From an uncultured bacterium (GTDB lineage Bacteria > Patescibacteriota > Minisyncoccia > Phycocordibacterales > Phycocordibacteraceae): 64,000 nt of DNA. The stretch's first letter is position 1. Each line of letters opens with the position of its first letter. The translations under genes and the position numbers were made by a program. The notes below the pieces were generated by a model, which was not told the origin of the DNA, searched no databases, and was given only the letters and a program-made list of their open reading frames with translations. The DNA lies in contig CALFMK010000002.1 of NCBI GenBank assembly GCA_937879955.1, forward strand, positions 1,175-65,174. Direction: 5' to 3'. Shown piece by piece: positions 60,243 through 64,000 of the stretch.

Positions 60243-60608
60243 TTAGTAGCCGCCCTGGTAGCCACCACGGTCGCCGCCGCCGAAGCCTCCGCGGTTCCCA
60301 CCGCCGAAGCCGCCGCCGCGGTTGCCGCCGAAGCCGCCCTCGCGAGGAGGACGGTCGCCCTGTGGGCGCGCCATGGAAACGGAGAGCATGCGCCCGTCGA
60401 ACTCCTTGCCATCCCAACGGTCGATTGCCGCCTGGCCCTCTGCCTCGGAAGACATCTCGACGAAGCCGAATCCGCGAGAGCGGCCGGTCATACGATCGCT
60501 GATAATGCTTGCGGATACGACCTCACCTGCTTCCTGGAAAGCGGTGCGGAGCTCATCCTCGGTCGTGCGATACGGGATACCGCCGACGTACAGTTTGCAT
60601 GTTGCCAT
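60243..60608 (-). CDS. RRM RNA-binding protein with Gly-rich tail
   Basis: KLYVGGI (RNP2), RGFGFVEM (RNP1), GGGFGG repeats. Confidence 0.95.
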   Translation of the reverse strand: MATCKLYVGGIPYRTTEDELRTAFQEAGEVVSASIISDRMTGRSRGFGFVEMSSEAEGQAAIDRWDGKEFDGRMLSVSMARPQGDRPPREGGFGGNRGGGFGGGNRGGFGGGDRGGYQGGY

Positions 60609-60827
60609 GTGGCTTGTGGATACCTGGATAACCTCGCTGATGCCGAACGCTAGGAGCAATTTGGAGTTTCGGCGAGTTGTCAACAGTATGCGGTAAATAT
60701 CCCAAAAACGCAATTGACAAAAGGGTTTATGGGGATAAGGAAACCGTCCGAGGAAATATTGCGAAATATATGAAAGTATGTTACAATATTCCCGGACGTT
60801 CCGTTCAGCAGCATAGGGAATCAGCGC

Positions 60828-61535
60828 ATGCATCATGCGAAAGTACGGGTCACCGAATACGGGTACCCGAAAGCGTACTCCGGCCTGAAGCCGCTCGAGG
60901 AGCAGATCTGTATGCTCCAGAAGAAGGTGAGCCATTGGGCCGATATCGAGCTCGACGTCGAGCCTGCGCTCGCGTTCGCGCGTGAGCTGCAAGCGTCTTC
61001 ATCGCTCCCGGACGGGGCCGAAGGCCGCGCCGCGATCATCGCGCCCGGCATCCGTGGCGACCACCAGCACGACGTCGCGCTCGCGCTCGAGCTCTTCCAC
61101 GCCATGAAGAGCACGGCGACGCCCGAGGACTTCGATCCCGCGGCGTTCCGTCTCGACGAGCGGACCGAGCGGATGCTCGATGCGCTCTGCGAGATGCAGG
61201 CCGGGCCGATCCTCATCCTGCCCGTGCAGTTCGGCAAGCGGCACGCGAAGCGCATCGACACGGACGTCGTGAGCGGGTTCGGGGACCATCCCGAGTTCGC
61301 CCTCGACCTCCTGAGCATGGTCTCGCTCCTCATCACGCATCCGGAGCGCCTGGCCGATTACAGCGCGCTCGGGATCAGCTGTCCGGGCGACGAGTACGAC
61401 TACCTGCGCACCAGCACGTTCGAACGCTCGCTGATGATGCTGGCCCAGGCCGGCCAGATCAAGCTGCGCTCGCGGCCGAAGGACTACAACTCGACCGACC
61501 ACGGCGTGGTGACAGGATTCCTGCACGCAGCCTGA
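60828..61535 (+). CDS. Orphan hypothetical protein
   Basis: Host-like codons; terminator at about 61561-61595; ends FLHAA. Confidence 0.7.
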   Translation: MHHAKVRVTEYGYPKAYSGLKPLEEQICMLQKKVSHWADIELDVEPALAFARELQASSSLPDGAEGRAAIIAPGIRGDHQHDVALALELFHAMKSTATPEDFDPAAFRLDERTERMLDALCEMQAGPILILPVQFGKRHAKRIDTDVVSGFGDHPEFALDLLSMVSLLITHPERLADYSALGISCPGDEYDYLRTSTFERSLMMLAQAGQIKLRSRPKDYNSTDHGVVTGFLHAA

Positions 61536-61593
61536 AGCTGTCCGTTCTCATGAACGGACGAAGCCGCCCGATTACTCGGGCGGCTTTTTCTTT

Positions 61594-62292
61594 TTACTTC
61601 GCGTGCGCCTGGAGCTCGCGGATGGAGCGGTTCCGATGGATGAGCTCGTCGTTCCTGATCGATTCGAAGAGCTCGTACTCGCTGCGCGCGTGGCGCCCGT
61701 AGAAGGTGAGAAATTCCGAATAGACGGGCGTGTCGCGCAGGCGCTCGCCGTAGAGCGCGAGGAATTCCGAGTATTGCTGGTACGCGTGACTCTCGAAGAG
61801 GAAGTTGAGTTCGAGTGCGGACTTGCGGGACACCATGTACAGGATGTAGATGGTCCAGAAGTAGAAGAGGGCGAACAGGAGCGGGATGAGGAAATGCCTG
61901 AAGAACCCTTCGCACTTGAGCCGCTTCACGATCTGCGAGATCACCACGACGTGCATGGTCTCGTTGTCTTGCGCCTGGCGCGAGAACGTGCCGGTCTTCG
62001 TGAGCTCGATGGCGCGCTTCTCGTCCGAGTAGAGGCCCGTGAGGAGGGTGTAGCTCGCTACCTCCCACGACTGGTAAGGGATGCGCGCGATCACCTCCAC
62101 GGCCTTGAACTTCTCGTAGGACGGCTTCTTGCCGTAGACCAGGTTGCCGCAGGCGACGAGCAGCCAGCCGAGGACGTTCGCGACGAAGCCGGGCTTGTAG
62201 CTGTCGTACGCGCGGGCGTACTCGGCGCGCAGCACCGGATCGTTGAGCTCCTTAACGAGCGCTTCATGCGCCCTGAATTCTTCTTCGGTCAT
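61594..62292 (-). CDS. Alternative oxidase / PTOX-like di-iron carboxylate protein
   Basis: EVIARIPY, NETMH (ExxH), FESHAY..Y, IRNDELIH (ExxH). Confidence 0.75.
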   Translation of the reverse strand: MTEEEFRAHEALVKELNDPVLRAEYARAYDSYKPGFVANVLGWLLVACGNLVYGKKPSYEKFKAVEVIARIPYQSWEVASYTLLTGLYSDEKRAIELTKTGTFSRQAQDNETMHVVVISQIVKRLKCEGFFRHFLIPLLFALFYFWTIYILYMVSRKSALELNFLFESHAYQQYSEFLALYGERLRDTPVYSEFLTFYGRHARSEYELFESIRNDELIHRNRSIRELQAHAK

Positions 62293-62343
62293 ATGGAAGT
62301 AATCTAGCACGAGCGAATGCTGTCGGATGGCAATGAAGCCCAC

Positions 62344-63999
62344 CTATACCTTCCGCAGCATGTCCCGCTCGATATCCTCGAACGTGCCGCGCACCTTCTT
62401 GCCCGGGTTGAAGATATCTTCCGGGTCGAAGATATCCTTCGTCCTCTCGAAGAGCGTAACCATGTCCTTGCCGAAGAGCTGCGGAAGGTACGGCGTGCGG
62501 ATGATGCCGTCGTTATGCTCACCGGTGGTGGTACCGCCGTACTTGATGACGAGGTCGTACACCTTGGGCGAGAGCTCGAGGATGATCTGCCGGACCTTCG
62601 GGTCCTTTAGGTCCATGAGCGGGATGATATGGAAATTGCCGTTGCCGATGTGGCCGGCGATCGTGTAGAGGATGTCGTACTGCGCGAGAAGCGCGTTAAG
62701 CTCCGGCATGAACTGCGGATAGGAATCCGGCGGCACCACGAAGTCGTCGATGAAGGGAGCGGCGTAGAGCCCCTTCGCGTTCTTCCGCAGGAGCGCGAAG
62801 CTCTCGCGGCGCACCTTCCAGTACTTCGCCGCCGCCTTCTCGTCCCGCTTGATGCTCATCGGGAGGCCGAGCGGCTTCAGCGCCGCCATCGCCTGCGTAG
62901 CCTTGAACAAGGCCTGCTCATGCGTGTCCTCGGAGAACTCGGCCATGAGCACGAGCTTCGGGAGGCCGCCGGCGAGCGCCATGCCCACTTCCGGCAGGAA
63001 GGAGAGCCCGAGCCCGATTGCAGGGAAGAGGCCCATCTGCCCGAGCATCTGCGGGAGGAACTTTATCGCGAGCTGGAAGGTGTGGTCGTCATAGGACTCG
63101 AAGCTCTCGGGATTGAACGGGAGCACCTTGCGCACGATCTCCGGGAGCACGTCGGCCGAATCGAGGAATATCACGAGCATCGAGCGGAAGCCCTGCTCCT
63201 TCACGAGACGGAGCTTCATCCGGGTCGTGAGCGCGAGCGTGCCCTGCGCGCCGCAGACGAGCTTCGCGAGGTTCATGCCGCCGTCCTCCGTCATCACGTC
63301 CCAGAGCGCGTAGCCCGCGGAGTTCTTCGACACCTTCGGCTTCGCCTGCATGATCTCTTCCTTATGCTCGGTTATGAGGCTGCGGATGTCGCGGTAGATG
63401 CTGCCTTCGAGCGTGTCGAGCGCGCACTTCTGCTCGACCTCCTCCTTCGAGAGCGCCTTGAAGACGGTGCGCGTCCCGTCGGAGAGCACCACGTCGGCCT
63501 CGAGCACGTAGTCGCGCGTCTTGCCGTACTCAAGGGTCCGCTCGCCGCCCGAGTCGTTGTTGAAGAGGCCGCCCATCGCCGCGAGGTCGCGGGACGCCGG
63601 GTAGGAGGGGAGTATTTGGTTCCCGTGCGCGAGCGTGGCCTTCTCGAAGTCGCGGTAGTAGACGCCGGGCTCGGTTATGGCGTATCCGTCGCCTACCTCT
63701 ACGATCCGGTTCAGGTACTTCGTGAACACGGCCACGACCGAATCCGTGAGCGGCCCGCCGGACATGTCGGTGCCGGCTGAGCGCGCGGTGACGGACGCCT
63801 TGATGCCGTCCTTCCGTGCCTCCGCCACGGCGTGCACGAGCGCCGCGACGTCGTCGGCATTCTTCGGGAATACCACGAGCTCGGGCGTCTTCGTGAAGAC
63901 GCTGGTGTCGCGCGCGTACGTGGCGCGGCTCGCCGCGTCGTCCGCGACGTCTCCCGTGATCGCGCCCTTGATCCTCGCTTTCAGCTCCGAGTCCTTCAT
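62344..63999 (-). CDS. FAD-binding oxidoreductase (GlcD / D-2-hydroxyacid dehydrogenase family)
   Basis: RSAGTDMSG, KNSAGY, GAQGTL, GHIGNGNFH, EHNDG, FNPGK. Confidence 0.88.
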   Translation of the reverse strand: MKDSELKARIKGAITGDVADDAASRATYARDTSVFTKTPELVVFPKNADDVAALVHAVAEARKDGIKASVTARSAGTDMSGGPLTDSVVAVFTKYLNRIVEVGDGYAITEPGVYYRDFEKATLAHGNQILPSYPASRDLAAMGGLFNNDSGGERTLEYGKTRDYVLEADVVLSDGTRTVFKALSKEEVEQKCALDTLEGSIYRDIRSLITEHKEEIMQAKPKVSKNSAGYALWDVMTEDGGMNLAKLVCGAQGTLALTTRMKLRLVKEQGFRSMLVIFLDSADVLPEIVRKVLPFNPESFESYDDHTFQLAIKFLPQMLGQMGLFPAIGLGLSFLPEVGMALAGGLPKLVLMAEFSEDTHEQALFKATQAMAALKPLGLPMSIKRDEKAAAKYWKVRRESFALLRKNAKGLYAAPFIDDFVVPPDSYPQFMPELNALLAQYDILYTIAGHIGNGNFHIIPLMDLKDPKVRQIILELSPKVYDLVIKYGGTTTGEHNDGIIRTPYLPQLFGKDMVTLFERTKDIFDPEDIFNPGKKVRGTFEDIERDMLRKV

Positions 64000-64000
64000 C

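Noticed and set aside
60243-60340. Short GC-rich repeats (ccgccgaagcc)
   Set aside because: They encode the ordinary GGGFGG tail of the RRM protein

Overview
GC-rich chromosomal segment that looks like a Patescibacteria (CPR; Parcubacteria-like) genome. This is inferred from seven CPR-style type IV pilins, a short SMC, a NusB-Nudix fusion and a stand-alone rpoBC. Core genes include thrS, dnaE, rnhB, rpmF, nusB, rnc, smc, rnr, rpsP-khpA-trmD, rpoB-rpoC, dnaG-rpoD, a UvrD-nuclease, hisS and prmC. Most have a -10 box 6-9 nt before the ATG, consistent with leaderless transcripts. They are interspersed with self-contained orphan genes carrying their own promoter, Shine-Dalgarno (SD) and terminator; several form diverged paralog pairs and many end in Ala-Ala. 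Main points: (1) a sortase next to a surface protein with an internal VPYTG motif and a large cytoplasmic tail; (2) an AT-rich defence-like island (GHKL ATPase-nuclease broken by one in-frame TGA, SPPY-type MTase, MazG-like pyrophosphatase, GIY-YIG/DUF2075 helicase, nearby EVE protein); (3) three unannotated structured intergenic RNA candidates; (4) a duplicated two-pilin cassette; (5) repeated loss of Cys/His ligands (DnaG, bL32, DsbA, nuclease, DnaE PHP); (6) an alternative-oxidase-like gene next to an FAD oxidoreductase. No rRNA, tRNA, CRISPR array, integrase or transposase was seen. All calls are by eye; no database search was run.
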